Below, in pieces: positions 39,470 through 51,029 of a DNA stretch of 63,425 bases. The notes beneath the pieces were generated by a model, which searched no databases, was not told the DNA's origin, and saw only the letters and a program-made list of their open reading frames with translations. Both the position numbers and the translations under genes were made by a program. The DNA is from Oligoflexales bacterium. GTDB taxonomy: Bacteria; Bdellovibrionota_B; Oligoflexia; Oligoflexales; Bog-1112. The DNA is taken from the NCBI GenBank assembly GCA_045106415.1, contig JBGCEP010000029.1, forward strand, positions 1-63,425, in the 5' to 3' direction. Position 1 is the stretch's first letter, and each line of letters starts with the position of its first letter.

Positions 39470-40594
39470 TCATCTTTTCACAGATGTAAGATCAAGAACC
39501 GGACGAACTGCCTCGCCTGTTTTCATGAGCTCAAATGCTTTCTCTAGGTCATATAACGACATCTTATGTGTCACGTATTCATCCAAACGGATCCTACCCT
39601 CTGCATACTGATCCACATAACCAGGAAGCTGTGTTCGGCCACTCACTCCACCAAAAGCACTTCCTTTCCAAGTTCTTCCTGTGACAAGTTGGAAGGGTCT
39701 TGTCGATATTTCTTGGCCTGCACCAGCAACACCAATAACAGTGGAGACTCCCCAGCCTTTATGACAAGACTCCAAAGCCTGCCTCATCACGTCCACGTTA
39801 CCAATACATTCAAATGAGAAGTCAACACCGCCATCAGTGATCTCTACGATATGTTCTTGAAGCAGGCCTGAGATATCTGAAGGATTGATACACTCTGTCG
39901 CCCCAAACTGTTGAGCCAATTCAAAGCGTTTTGGATTTGTATCGATTCCAATAATACGATCAGCTTGCGCTAAAACAGCACCCTGTATACAACTCAGCCC
40001 AATACCACCAAGGCCAAAAATTGCAACCGTTGATCCTGCAGTCACTTTCGCTGTATTTAAGACAGCTCCAATCCCAGTCGTTACCCCACAACCCAGCAAA
40101 CAAGCCTTATCTAAAGGAACATCTTTACGAATCTTTGCCAAAGCAACCTCAGGAACAACTGTATACTCTGCAAAAGTTGAAGTTCCCATATAATGATGAA
40201 TCTTCTGACCGTTTTTGGACAAACGAGACGAACCATCTGGCATCAAACCTTTTCCTTGAGTTGATCTCAAGGATTGACACAAGTTCGTCTGAGGTGACAG
40301 ACAAAAGCGGCATTCACCACACTCCGGGATATACAATGGAATCACATGATCCCCAACACTCAGGCTCTGAACACCCGCTCCTAGCTCAACAACAACACCC
40401 GCACCCTCATGACCTAAGACCGCAGGAAACACCCCTTCTGGATCCTGACCCGACCAAGTGTAGTAGTCCGTATGACAAACACCTGTAGCTTCTAATTTAA
40501 CAAGCACCTCACCAGGGCGAGGACCCTGTAAATCAATCTCTTCAACTTCAATCGGGCAATTCGCCTCCCAAGCGACAGCAGCTCTTATCTTCAC
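39470..40594 (-). CDS. frmA: S-(hydroxymethyl)glutathione dehydrogenase / class III alcohol dehydrogenase
   Basis: [55 protein letters not shown]. Confidence 0.96.
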   Translation of the reverse strand: MKIRAAVAWEANCPIEVEEIDLQGPRPGEVLVKLEATGVCHTDYYTWSGQDPEGVFPAVLGHEGAGVVVELGAGVQSLSVGDHVIPLYIPECGECRFCLSPQTNLCQSLRSTQGKGLMPDGSSRLSKNGQKIHHYMGTSTFAEYTVVPEVALAKIRKDVPLDKACLLGCGVTTGIGAVLNTAKVTAGSTVAIFGLGGIGLSCIQGAVLAQADRIIGIDTNPKRFELAQQFGATECINPSDISGLLQEHIVEITDGGVDFSFECIGNVDVMRQALESCHKGWGVSTVIGVAGAGQEISTRPFQLVTGRTWKGSAFGGVSGRTQLPGYVDQYAEGRIRLDEYVTHKMSLYDLEKAFELMKTGEAVRPVLDLTSVKR

Positions 40595-40831
40595 GGTCCC
40601 CTCCTCTTTTTCAGATAATGATTCACTCCTCTCAAGAAGAACACAGGAACACGCAATCTACAACCAGCTGAAATCCAAAGAGTTTATAAAAAAACCATTT
40701 GCAAGCAACGAAACCCGATCTCTCAAGTGTGTTTTTTTACCAATGAAATGAAGGAGATAAAAGTAATGCTCAAGTCATCCTCGCCCACTCGCGATAAAAG
40801 ATATGTCAGCATTCGCTTTAAGGGGCAAAAG

Positions 40832-41659
40832 ATGATTGGATACGGATCACGCTACTTCGCAACTGTAGGCACAACCTTGTTTGTGTTTATGAACTTCGTT
40901 GCTTGCGGAACTCAGCTTTATCAGGTGTCGCTAGAACAAGACATTGAGCCAGATTTAGCAAACTCTCAAGTAGAATCAGCTCAGTATGGTATTCATTCAC
41001 TCGACGGGTGGGCTGAACTTCCTATTCCATTTCAGACAAGTGAACAACTAGGCAAAGCTCAGCTCAGAGGCTTGCTCAATGCGATGCGAACCTGGGAAAC
41101 CGCAACTGGAAAAACTCTTTTTAGTTATGACGGGAAAGACAATAAAAGCGGCGACTCTTTTAACGACCTTTACAGTTCATTAGACGACCAAGTTAACGGT
41201 CACTATCTTGATAATGTTTGGGATAAAACAGGAAAATCATCTCTTGTCTTAGCAACAACCATCTGGAATAACGACTACCGTAACCCTCAAAGTATTGAAA
41301 CTGGAGATATTCGATTCAATAGCGAATACTACGTTATTGGTGACAGTCTAGAACTGAGTTACTCAGACATCAGCGACCACAGGGAAATCGTCGACATGGA
41401 GTCCCTTGCTCTTCACGAACTCGGACATTTACTTGGTCTCGGACACATCGCATCCGATGTGGATCCACTCTCTATTATGAATCCATCTCTTTTCATTGGA
41501 GAAGGTTTGACCTCTAGACATCTCTCAGAAGGAGATGTCCAGAGAATTCAAGACATTTATGGGTGTGATGGAGATGCTTGCGACATTGATTGGGTCATGA
41601 GTGCTCTTGATAAAATTCAAGCTAACTCTGACAATCAAGTCCAGCTTGCACAGCCGTAA
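40832..41659 (+). CDS. Matrixin (M10) metalloprotease lipoprotein
   Basis: Lipobox FVAC, GDIRFN, HELGHLLGLGH zinc motif, SIMNP Met-turn. Confidence 0.88.
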   Translation: MIGYGSRYFATVGTTLFVFMNFVACGTQLYQVSLEQDIEPDLANSQVESAQYGIHSLDGWAELPIPFQTSEQLGKAQLRGLLNAMRTWETATGKTLFSYDGKDNKSGDSFNDLYSSLDDQVNGHYLDNVWDKTGKSSLVLATTIWNNDYRNPQSIETGDIRFNSEYYVIGDSLELSYSDISDHREIVDMESLALHELGHLLGLGHIASDVDPLSIMNPSLFIGEGLTSRHLSEGDVQRIQDIYGCDGDACDIDWVMSALDKIQANSDNQVQLAQP

Positions 41660-44279
41660 GGTTTTGCTTTAATTGAATCAGTTGCGCAGCCATGTTCTCT
41701 TTTTGAGCCTTTGTACTCTGTAGAACATCGGCTGGCGCTCGAAGCACAAAGTTTTGATTCTCAAGCTTTTTGGAAAGCCCTAGTAAAACTTTTTCAACCC
41801 TCTGCACTTCAGTTTGAAGCCTTTTGCTTTCTTTTTCAAAATCAACCCACTCGCCCACGGGAACAAAAGCAACAAAACCTTTTCCTGTTGCGACTAAAGA
41901 GCCTTGAGGGGCTTGCTCAGCAGAAGACACAAAATCAACCTGGCCAGAGCCAGATAGAGCTTGAACCCACGGTAAGCTTTGTTTCAAAATACTCGCAACT
42001 TGCTCATCACACTGCACAGCAATATCAAGGGTTTCTTTCGGAGGAACTCCTGCTTGAGTACGCACAGAACGAATTCCTGAAATTAAATCCTGCATCCGCT
42101 TCCAACCAAGAGATTTCTCTGCCGATGGTGATGGGATTGCCTCTGCTTTAGGGTAATCAGACACAACCAGGCTACTGGCTCTTTCCCAACGTGGATGTGG
42201 AGGTAAAGCGTCCCAAATTTCCTCAGTCACAAACGGCATAAATGGTGATGCTAATCGCAACAAACCTTCAAACACATAAACAAGAACCGAAGCCTGTTTA
42301 GAGTCTGAACTTTCTTTAAAAGCCTCAACACCCCAGTCACAAAAAGCTTTCCATATGAACTGATAAAGGGCATCCGAGGCTTCATTCATATGATATGAAT
42401 CAAGACCGTATCTCATGCGTTCAGTTGTTTCCTTAAATTCTTGTAGCAACCAACTTGTCGGAACATCCAATGCTTCTGGATTAAAATCTTGAATCTCTGT
42501 TCCTTCAAGGCGAGTCTGAAGAAAACGCGCTGCATTCCACAGTTTATTCACCAAACGGCCGCCTGTATCAAAGTCTGACTTTGCCATTTTGACTCTGCCG
42601 CCGAGTGGAGCCAAGTTCATCAAAGTAAATCGAACTGCGTCAGCACCACATTGATCAATCATTTCAAGCGGATCTATGCCATTTCCTAATGTTTTAGAAA
42701 ACTTTTTACCGCTTTTATCACACACTAAAGAATTAAAATAAACGTCCTTAAAAGGAACCTCATCACAAGCATAACAACTCACCATGACCATTCGCGCAAC
42801 CCACAAAAAGATAATATCTTGGGCTGTGACGAGAACCTGAGTTGGAAAAAAAGTCTTAAAATCAGGTGTTTTTTCTGGCCACCCAAATGGACTCAACGGC
42901 CACAACCAACTTGAAAACCAAGTATCGAGTACATCTTCATCTTGATATAGGTCTGTATGTCCACATGCTTTACATTCCGTCGGATCCTCCATACCAGAGG
43001 TGTGAGCATCACAAGATCGACAATACCAAATAGGAATACGATGACCCCACCACAGCTGCCTTGAAATACACCAATCTTGAATATTTTCCATCCAATGCAT
43101 ATATGTTTTATTTGCACTTTCAGGATGAAATTTTAACTCGCCATCGTGAACAGCAGAAATCGCAGGAGCGGCTAAATCTTGCATTTTCACAAACCACTGC
43201 ATCGACAACCGTGGCTCAATAGGAACTTTGCCTCTTTCTGAATAAGGAACCGCGTGCTTTGTTGACTCTACTTTTTCCAAGAGTCCCCGCTGATCCATAT
43301 CTTTAACTATGGCCTTGCGAGCGGCAAAACGATCTAAACCTTCATAGTCTTTGCATATGTCAGTCATCGCTCCCGCATCTGTCATCACATTAATCATCGG
43401 AAGACTATGCCTTAAGCCCATTTCAAAATCGTTTGGATCATGAGCGGGAGTAATTTTGACACACCCTGTGCCAAATTCCATTTTAACATAATCATCAGCA
43501 ATAATAGGTACTTCACGATCAACAAATGGAACACGAACCTTACGACCAATCAAATCTTGATAACGTGCATCCTCTGGATGCACAGCAACAGCTGTATCCC
43601 CAAGCATAGTTTCAGGGCGAGTCGTTGCGACAATAAGATAACGCTCTTCATCATCAACAAGAGGGTACCGAAAATGCCACAAATGACCAGACTCGTCTTT
43701 GTTTTCAACTTCATCATCCGATATCGCTGTTTGTAGCTTAGGGTCCCAGTTCACCAAACGTTGCTTTCGGTAAATCAATCCCTTGTCATATAAATCTACA
43801 AAGATTTTTCGTACAGCCTGTGACAGACTGGGCGTCATTGTATACGCTTCTCGCTCCCAGTCACATGACGCACCCATTCGCTTTAATTGCTGAATAATCA
43901 TCCCACCGTTGCGCTCTTTCCAAGATTCACAACGTTTTAAAAATTCTTCTCGCCCTAACTCTTTACGGGAAACACCTTCTTTTTCTAAGGATTTCTCCAC
44001 CATCATTTGAGTCGCAATACCTGCATGGTCAGTTCCTGGTACCCAACAGCAGTTATAACCATCCATGCGTTTCCAACGAACAAGAATGTCTTGAATCGTG
44101 CTATTTAACCCATGACCCATATGAAGTCTGTCAGTCACATTTGGCGGCGGAAGCAAAACCGTATAGGCCTCTCGACTTGTATCCTTCTCATCGCCATGAA
44201 ACCAACCCCCATCTTCCCAGTGTTGCCACCACTTTTTCTCATAATCTGCATGGTTATATCTTGGTGATAATTGTTTCAT
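41622..44279 (-). CDS. valS: Valine-tRNA ligase
   Basis: PPPNVTDRLHMGH, GTDHAGIATQ, ATTRPET, DWCISRQLWWGH, KFSKT, C-terminal coiled coil. Confidence 0.97.
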   Translation of the reverse strand: MKQLSPRYNHADYEKKWWQHWEDGGWFHGDEKDTSREAYTVLLPPPNVTDRLHMGHGLNSTIQDILVRWKRMDGYNCCWVPGTDHAGIATQMMVEKSLEKEGVSRKELGREEFLKRCESWKERNGGMIIQQLKRMGASCDWEREAYTMTPSLSQAVRKIFVDLYDKGLIYRKQRLVNWDPKLQTAISDDEVENKDESGHLWHFRYPLVDDEERYLIVATTRPETMLGDTAVAVHPEDARYQDLIGRKVRVPFVDREVPIIADDYVKMEFGTGCVKITPAHDPNDFEMGLRHSLPMINVMTDAGAMTDICKDYEGLDRFAARKAIVKDMDQRGLLEKVESTKHAVPYSERGKVPIEPRLSMQWFVKMQDLAAPAISAVHDGELKFHPESANKTYMHWMENIQDWCISRQLWWGHRIPIWYCRSCDAHTSGMEDPTECKACGHTDLYQDEDVLDTWFSSWLWPLSPFGWPEKTPDFKTFFPTQVLVTAQDIIFLWVARMVMVSCYACDEVPFKDVYFNSLVCDKSGKKFSKTLGNGIDPLEMIDQCGADAVRFTLMNLAPLGGRVKMAKSDFDTGGRLVNKLWNAARFLQTRLEGTEIQDFNPEALDVPTSWLLQEFKETTERMRYGLDSYHMNEASDALYQFIWKAFCDWGVEAFKESSDSKQASVLVYVFEGLLRLASPFMPFVTEEIWDALPPHPRWERASSLVVSDYPKAEAIPSPSAEKSLGWKRMQDLISGIRSVRTQAGVPPKETLDIAVQCDEQVASILKQSLPWVQALSGSGQVDFVSSAEQAPQGSLVATGKGFVAFVPVGEWVDFEKESKRLQTEVQRVEKVLLGLSKKLENQNFVLRAPADVLQSTKAQKENMAAQLIQLKQNLTAVQAGLDCQS

Positions 44280-44726
44280 TATTTTGCTCCTTTAACCACG
44301 ATGACTTCATCGCCTGACTTAGGGCATTTAAACTAGCATGTTCTCGAGAAGATTTCCTGCATGAAGATGCAATTTTCATTGTCTAAAACCCTCATATTTT
44401 GATTTTTATGCCTATCTGCAACAGCTATTGCCAGTTTTCACAACTCAACCTCTTGCCTCACTGAAAAAACCTCTAAGAACAGCGGTAACACCGGGTTTCA
44501 ACTTAGAAGCTCACAAAAGCCCATCTCTTTTAAAATTTTAGATTTTTGCGGTCCTTAATTCTGTAAAATTATGTCATGATTGAAAACGTCATCTGAAGCA
44601 TTTTTTGACAAAAAACTTGCTGCACTTAGTAACCTCATTCATCTCTAAAGAGATGGCAAAAAATTCGCAACACCGCTTTAGATAGAGTACTCTCGCTCGT
44701 AAACTGGTTGAAAAAAGGATTTAAGC

Positions 44727-45590
44727 ATGTCATCAGAAAATTTTCATACGAGCTCTATGCTCCGCACAGCATATTATTTACTTAAAAATTGCCAAAAATC
44801 AGTCTTTTGGATTGGGTTGACAATGGTTGCCCTTCCAGAGTGTGTGTCAGTCTTTACTCTTTCTTTCCAGAGTGTCTTGGTTAGTTCTTCTTTACGAAAC
44901 CTTGTGTCACAACATTCACAACCTTTGCACTATGAGAAACTATTTGAACCTATAAGCTCTTTTTTCACATCTGTGCTTCTTTTTCACTTTATTCAAGCTA
45001 TTCTCCTTTTTATGAGTTATCTTGCTTTAAGCCATATTGCTTTTCGAAAAGCGCGTGGACTCCCTATCCATATTCCAATGATTTTAAAGTCTATACAAAG
45101 AAAGCCTTGGAGCTTAATCAAAGCTTTTCTTTTTGTCTGTATAGCAAAAATATTAGAGCTGATTTTTCAAATACCATTCCAAGTTCTTTCCGTTATGATT
45201 GCTATTGGTCTTACATGGAGCGTCGTCGAACCCACTCCTTTTCCTATCCGCCAACTTATCCATGCCATCACATTTCAGTACAGCGACAATATTCATAAGT
45301 TCCGGGTTTTTATGGTGCATATTGTTTTTGGTGCATTTCTTTTTTCAGGACACACGCTGCTTCACCATTTCATTGATGGACTGATGACCGCGGACCATTG
45401 GCTTGATATCCCTAGCCAGTGGTGGCTTCTCACACTAAGCCAAACAGATATCCCATATATCTGGTGCGTCACACGCCTTCTTCAAATTACTGTGGAAACA
45501 ACTTTGTTTTGCTATGTTCCGTTTTTTGCGATAGCACTTTTGCATAAAACTTTACACAATCCTCTTATCACAGAGGACATTCCAACATAA
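44727..45590 (+). CDS. Hypothetical multi-pass membrane protein
   Basis: 287-aa ORF with about 6 hydrophobic segments; AAGGA RBS. Confidence 0.6.
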   Translation: MSSENFHTSSMLRTAYYLLKNCQKSVFWIGLTMVALPECVSVFTLSFQSVLVSSSLRNLVSQHSQPLHYEKLFEPISSFFTSVLLFHFIQAILLFMSYLALSHIAFRKARGLPIHIPMILKSIQRKPWSLIKAFLFVCIAKILELIFQIPFQVLSVMIAIGLTWSVVEPTPFPIRQLIHAITFQYSDNIHKFRVFMVHIVFGAFLFSGHTLLHHFIDGLMTADHWLDIPSQWWLLTLSQTDIPYIWCVTRLLQITVETTLFCYVPFFAIALLHKTLHNPLITEDIPT

Positions 45591-45596
45591 GGATTT

Positions 45597-46706
45597 ATGA
45601 TGGAACAAGACCATATACAAGTTCTTAAAGGCCGTATTCACGCATACCGCCTCTTTGACATTGGTGAAGAAGTTAACCTCCAAAAAGCAAGACAGCTTGT
45701 TTCTGAAGCAAACTTTGAAACCTATCGCATCCGACACGTCTCTCGATCGCTTCTTATTAATGACCACCCTCTGGCGATAGCTTTGCCACAAAGAGAGCAA
45801 ATTATTGGGGCGCAAACGTATGCTGTAGAAATTTCAGTAAAAATATGGAGCTTTGGTGCCGTTTCTATTCGCTATTCTCTCAATCTTCCTCCTATTTCTA
45901 TGGAAGACCTGTGTGAAATTTCTTGGTATCTTGAAAATGACGAACCCTTTCACCATCAAGCAATTCAAGCTGTTCAAAACCTCATGACTCTCATACATCA
46001 CGCTATTACAGCTCCTTCTTTGTGGAGCCAGCATGAAGATTACTTAATTTTTGAAGCAGAAAAAGCAGAGGGTCTTTCTCAAAATCTTGTTGAAAGTTTT
46101 ATTAACACTACAATGGCATCTCTCATTCTCGGCGAAAAACCCATGGATTTTGCAGAGTCCACGCTTGAGACATTAAGACAAAGCGTTCTTCAGTACAGCA
46201 AAGATGATCTTACTATTGTGCATTGGAACGGCGCTTTCATTTATGACAACCAAGATGCAGATGACCTTGCCCTTGTTTTAGAGTTTTCTTTATCACAATT
46301 ACTTGAACTCCGTTATTACGACGATCTTCTCGACAAACAACTTGCAACTCTCTACCAACACATCGAAAGCCAACCCCACCCTTCTGTACTGCGCAATCCA
46401 TACCAAGACCTTTCTCGCAAAGCAGGCCTGCAATATATAGAATTCAGCGAAGTCATTGATCGTATCGGAAACTCCACAAAAATGATTTCTGACTACTACT
46501 ACACCTCTATCTATCGTGCTGCGACTAAAAACATGCGACTTCAAGACTGGAAAGATGCCGTCAATCACAAACTCAAAAACATCGCAGAAGTTTCCAAAAT
46601 TTTCCAAGGTGAAATTAATGAACAAAGAAATCAAATCATGGAATTTACGATAATAGTTCTCATTGCTATTGAGGTGATTCCCTTTGTATATAGCTTTATT
46701 CGTTAA
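45597..46706 (+). CDS. RMD1/DUF155 (YagE-like) family protein
   Basis: YRLFDIGEEVNL, SFGAVSI, QLLELRYYDDLLD, C-terminal MEFTIIVLIAIE TM. Confidence 0.75.
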   Translation: MMEQDHIQVLKGRIHAYRLFDIGEEVNLQKARQLVSEANFETYRIRHVSRSLLINDHPLAIALPQREQIIGAQTYAVEISVKIWSFGAVSIRYSLNLPPISMEDLCEISWYLENDEPFHHQAIQAVQNLMTLIHHAITAPSLWSQHEDYLIFEAEKAEGLSQNLVESFINTTMASLILGEKPMDFAESTLETLRQSVLQYSKDDLTIVHWNGAFIYDNQDADDLALVLEFSLSQLLELRYYDDLLDKQLATLYQHIESQPHPSVLRNPYQDLSRKAGLQYIEFSEVIDRIGNSTKMISDYYYTSIYRAATKNMRLQDWKDAVNHKLKNIAEVSKIFQGEINEQRNQIMEFTIIVLIAIEVIPFVYSFIR

Positions 46707-46826
46707 TCAGGGACGTATTTTTAAAAAATAGTCCATATACAGCAATTCTTGCCTAACAAAGATTGTCTATGCTGTACAATGTAGGTACATTAGCCAATGT
46801 CTGTCCGACCTTGAGAGGCTGTTTCA

Positions 46827-47489
46827 ATGAAAATCAAAAAATTTTTAACTTCTTCCGTTGGCTGCAAAATGATTATGGCTCTTACTGGCCTTATCATGTT
46901 GGGCTTTTTATTCGCTCACCTTGCAGGAAATTTACTTGTTTTTGCAGGCCGCGACGCTCTTCGAGCATACGCTTCTGGCCTTCGAGACATTTTACCCATT
47001 CTTAACATTTTAAGATTCGGCCTGATTGGAGGTATTGCTCTTCATATTTGGGCTGCTATTCGATTACGTCGTATCAGTCAAAAAGCTTCACCTCATGCTT
47101 ACCAAGTCAAATCTGTTGTCAAAGCATCTCGTTCTTCACGGTCAATGGCTTTTACTGGTGGAACTATTCTTCTTTTCATTGGTTATCATTTAGCACATCT
47201 CACTTTTCGCTGGACACACCCGGAGTTTCAGGGTTTCGATACTTTTGATATCTACCCAATGATCATAGCGAGTTTTCAGAATCCTTTCTTAAGTCTTTTT
47301 TATCTTGTCTCTATCTCTTGTGTCATGATCCACTTGAGTCATGGGATTACAAGTTTTTTTCAGACAATGGGCTACTCACACCCTGATCATCAAAAGATGA
47401 TCAATTGTTTAGGCCCAGCTACTTCAGGTCTTCTATGGGTTGGCTATGCTTCCATCCCTCTTTCTATTCTCAGCGGTTTGATTTCATAA
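46827..47489 (+). CDS. sdhC: Succinate dehydrogenase cytochrome b subunit
   Basis: SSVGCKMIMALTG..HLAGN, several haem-ligand His, HLSHG..S.FQT; upstream of sdhA. Confidence 0.92.
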   Translation: MKIKKFLTSSVGCKMIMALTGLIMLGFLFAHLAGNLLVFAGRDALRAYASGLRDILPILNILRFGLIGGIALHIWAAIRLRRISQKASPHAYQVKSVVKASRSSRSMAFTGGTILLFIGYHLAHLTFRWTHPEFQGFDTFDIYPMIIASFQNPFLSLFYLVSISCVMIHLSHGITSFFQTMGYSHPDHQKMINCLGPATSGLLWVGYASIPLSILSGLIS

Positions 47490-47501
47490 CGGAGTTGTAA
47501 C

Positions 47502-49415
47502 ATGGAACTTCATTCTCAAGTCCCACAAGGTGATCTCAAAAACCTCTGGGAACAGCATAAGTTTGACATGAAATTAGTGTCCCCAGCGAACAAGAGAAAA
47601 CACTCTGTCATCGTTGTAGGCACGGGTCTTGCTGGTGGTTCAGCTGCTGCTACACTTGGCGAACTTGGCTATAACGTAAAAGCGTTCTGTTTCCAAGACA
47701 GCCCCCGACGCGCGCACAGTATTGCTGCACAAGGTGGGATCAACGCTGCTAAAAACTATCAGGGTGATGGCGACAGTATTCATCGTCTTTTTTACGACAC
47801 TATTAAAGGTGGTGATTTTCGAGCTCGAGAAGCAAACGTCCATCGCCTTGCTGAAGTCTCCGTCAACATCATTGATCAAGCTGTTGCTCAAGGAGTTCCT
47901 TTTGCAAGGGATTATGGCGGGCTGTTAGCCAACCGCTCTTTTGGTGGCGCTCAAGTGTCTCGAACTTTTTACGCCCGCGGGCAAACAGGACAACAACTTC
48001 TTCTCGGTGCTTATTCTGCTTTGGAGCGACAAATTGGTCTTAAAACCGTTGAGATGCATACTCGAACCGAAATGCTCGACATCGTAATGGTAGATGGCCA
48101 AGCTCGCGGAGTTGTGACGCGGAACCTTGTCACAGGTTGCATTGAAACACACAGTGCTGACGCAGTTGTTCTTGCAACTGGCGGCTATGGGAATGTCTTT
48201 TTTCTTTCCACCAATGCTGCAAACTGTAATGTCACAGCAACATTCCGCGCTTGGAAACACGGTGCTGGATTTGCAAATCCATGCTACACGCAAATTCACC
48301 CAACATGCATCCCTGTGAGTGGAGACCACCAATCAAAACTCACATTAATGTCTGAATCCTTACGAAACGATGGGCGCGTTTGGGTGCCTAAGAAAAAAGG
48401 CGATAAACGTGAGCCGAGCCAAATCCCAGAAAATGAACGCGATTATTACCTTGAAAGAAAATACCCTAGTTTTGGAAACCTCGCTCCGAGAGATATTGCC
48501 TCTAGAAGCGCCAAGGAAGTTTGTGATGCAGGCCATGGTGTTGGAGACACCGGTTTAGGTGTTTATCTCGACTTCAGTGATGCCATTAAACGCCTTGGTA
48601 AAAAAACCGTATCAGAACGTTACGGTAATCTGTTTCATATGTATCAGAAAATTACAGATGAGAATCCGTATGAACGGCCGATGAGAATTTACCCTGCTGT
48701 GCATTACACAATGGGCGGCCTGTGGGTAGATTATCATCTCATGAGTAATCTACCAGGCTTGTTTGTTGCTGGAGAAGCCAACTTCTCTGATCATGGCGCT
48801 AACCGGCTTGGCGCCAGCGCTCTAATGCAAGGTTTAGCCGATGGTTATTTTGTCTTGCCTTACACTCTTGGTAACTACATTGCGACACACAAGCCACAGC
48901 CTGTCAGCACTGACCAAGCTGAATTTAAACAGGCTCAACAAACAGTAGAAAATCGCCTTAAATCATTATCTCAAATTGGCGGCACTCAATCTCCGACCTC
49001 TTTTCACAAAAAACTCGGGCAACTGATGTGGGAATACTGTGGCATGGCCAGAAATAAAGAAGGTCTTGAAACAGGAATTCAAAAAATTCAAGAACTTCGC
49101 CGTGAATTTTGGAAAGACTTACGTGTCCCTGGACACGGTCAAGAACTCAATCAGCAGCTTGAAAAAGCTGGTCGTGTTGCTGATTTTCTCGAATTCGGTG
49201 AACTCATGTGTCGCGACGCACTCACTAGGGAAGAGTCTTGCGGGGGGCATTTCCGAGAAGAGTATCAAACAGAAGACGGCGAGGCTAAGCGTGATGATGA
49301 AAACTTCGCTCATGCTGCAGTCTGGAAATATGAGGGTGATGACAAAACACCAAGCCGTCATAAAGAGGAACTTAAATTTGAAAACGTTCAGTTGGCAACA
49401 AGGAGTTACAAATGA
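47502..49415 (+). CDS. sdhA: Succinate dehydrogenase/fumarate reductase flavoprotein
   Basis: [49 protein letters not shown]. Confidence 0.97.
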   Translation: MELHSQVPQGDLKNLWEQHKFDMKLVSPANKRKHSVIVVGTGLAGGSAAATLGELGYNVKAFCFQDSPRRAHSIAAQGGINAAKNYQGDGDSIHRLFYDTIKGGDFRAREANVHRLAEVSVNIIDQAVAQGVPFARDYGGLLANRSFGGAQVSRTFYARGQTGQQLLLGAYSALERQIGLKTVEMHTRTEMLDIVMVDGQARGVVTRNLVTGCIETHSADAVVLATGGYGNVFFLSTNAANCNVTATFRAWKHGAGFANPCYTQIHPTCIPVSGDHQSKLTLMSESLRNDGRVWVPKKKGDKREPSQIPENERDYYLERKYPSFGNLAPRDIASRSAKEVCDAGHGVGDTGLGVYLDFSDAIKRLGKKTVSERYGNLFHMYQKITDENPYERPMRIYPAVHYTMGGLWVDYHLMSNLPGLFVAGEANFSDHGANRLGASALMQGLADGYFVLPYTLGNYIATHKPQPVSTDQAEFKQAQQTVENRLKSLSQIGGTQSPTSFHKKLGQLMWEYCGMARNKEGLETGIQKIQELRREFWKDLRVPGHGQELNQQLEKAGRVADFLEFGELMCRDALTREESCGGHFREEYQTEDGEAKRDDENFAHAAVWKYEGDDKTPSRHKEELKFENVQLATRSYK

Positions 49416-50155
49416 GATTAAACCTTCATATTTGGCGACAAAAAAACGCTGAACAAACAGGTCAACTGCGCGAGTACAAGCTCGACAACGTTTCCTCTGA
49501 TATGTCTTTTTTAGAAATGCTTGATGTTCTTAACGAGCAAATTATTTCAGCTGGGGATGAACCTGTCGATTTTGATCACGACTGCCGCGAGGGTATTTGC
49601 GGAATGTGTTCACTTGTTATTAACGGCGTTGCACACGGCCCACAAGATGGAACAACCACCTGTCAGCTGCATATGCGGTCCTTTTCCGATGGAGACACCA
49701 TCACCATTGAGCCTTGGAGGGCTGGATCGTTTCCTGTCTATAAAGATTTAGTAACCAACAGATCAGCCTTTGATCGCATCATACAAGCAGGTGGATTTGT
49801 TTCTGTGAACACAGGCGCTGCTCAAGATGCAAATAACACTCCAATCCCTAAGGTCACAGCTGACCTTGCAATGGATGCGGCTGCATGTATTGGTTGCGGA
49901 GCATGTGCTGCTGCCTGCAAAAACTCTTCAGCAATGCTCTTTGTATCCGCAAAAGTCTCTCAGCTTGCTCTATTGCCCCAGGGCCAACCTGAAAGAGAAC
50001 GACGTGTTCTTAATATGGTTGACGCTATGGATAAAGAAGGATTTGGACATTGCACAAACACTGGTGAGTGTGAAGCAGTCTGCCCTAAAGAAATCAGCGT
50101 TTCTCACATTGCTCGCTTAAACCGAGAATTCCTCAAAGCAAGTCTTCGTGGTTAA
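49412..50155 (+). CDS. sdhB: Succinate dehydrogenase iron-sulfur subunit
   Basis: [32 protein letters not shown]. Confidence 0.96.
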   Translation: MRLNLHIWRQKNAEQTGQLREYKLDNVSSDMSFLEMLDVLNEQIISAGDEPVDFDHDCREGICGMCSLVINGVAHGPQDGTTTCQLHMRSFSDGDTITIEPWRAGSFPVYKDLVTNRSAFDRIIQAGGFVSVNTGAAQDANNTPIPKVTADLAMDAAACIGCGACAAACKNSSAMLFVSAKVSQLALLPQGQPERERRVLNMVDAMDKEGFGHCTNTGECEAVCPKEISVSHIARLNREFLKASLRG

Positions 50156-50170
50156 GTAAAAAAAACACGC

Positions 50171-50220
50171 AAAAAGCCCGAGTCAACAATATCCTTACTG
50201 ATGACTTGGGCTTTTTATTT
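50171..50220. terminator. Bidirectional intrinsic terminator between sdhB and methyltransferase
   Basis: AAAAAGCCCGAGTCA-N16-TGACTTGGGCTTTTT inverted repeat with A/T tails between convergent genes. Confidence 0.8.
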
Positions 50221-50253
50221 ACTGTGACCTGGGTTAGAAAATTATCTTTTTGG

Positions 50254-50847
50254 TTATGGAGTCGCCACACACAACATTTGGCCTCCAATATGCGGCTGTA
50301 GTGCTCCTAAGAACGACAAAGATCTCAAGGGCGCTTTAACTGTCACACCTGCATAGCCCACTCTATTAAGCAGCACTGTAAGGCTATATCTGTTAAATAA
50401 AATTTTATGCTGAGGATCTTTTACACCAGACCAGTCATGCGGATTTGCATAACGCTCCCACGACATCAGATTTGGCGTTGTTACCACAAGCTTTCCGTCT
50501 TCAGCAAGTAACTCAAGACAAGCTTCCAAAAAATCATACGGCGATTTGAGATGCTCAATAATATCAAAAGCCAAAATAAGGCTATATTTATCGTGGGAAA
50601 CAAGATGGTCTCGCCATTGGCGACCATCAAGATTTAATGACAAATATTCCCAACTTTGGTTTTTTTTCTGCATTTCAGGCTCAACAATATCAACACCTGT
50701 AGCAAGAAGCGCCCCAGATTCCATTGCTTTTTCACAAAGAAATCCAGACCCACAACCTAAATCCAAAACTCTATGGCCATCAAAAGAATGAACCCCCATG
50801 TATTCAAGCCACTTCATATGATCTAAATCGGACTGCCACGGCTGCAT
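50254..50847 (-). CDS. Class I SAM-dependent methyltransferase
   Basis: VLDLGCGSG, GVDI, FDIIEHL, L..DGKLVVTTPN. Confidence 0.88.
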   Translation of the reverse strand: MQPWQSDLDHMKWLEYMGVHSFDGHRVLDLGCGSGFLCEKAMESGALLATGVDIVEPEMQKKNQSWEYLSLNLDGRQWRDHLVSHDKYSLILAFDIIEHLKSPYDFLEACLELLAEDGKLVVTTPNLMSWERYANPHDWSGVKDPQHKILFNRYSLTVLLNRVGYAGVTVKAPLRSLSFLGALQPHIGGQMLCVATP

Positions 50848-51029
50848 ATAAAGACCCCATTTTCATCAAAATCAATGTCACAATCTATATGATCCATAAC
50901 ATATTTTATTCAAAAAACAGCAATGTAGATGCAAAAAAACGTATAAAAATAATGGGATATTCCATATTTTATACGTGAGTCACTACAAGCATCACGGCTT
51001 ATAACATAAAAAACTTATTTAACACTAAA

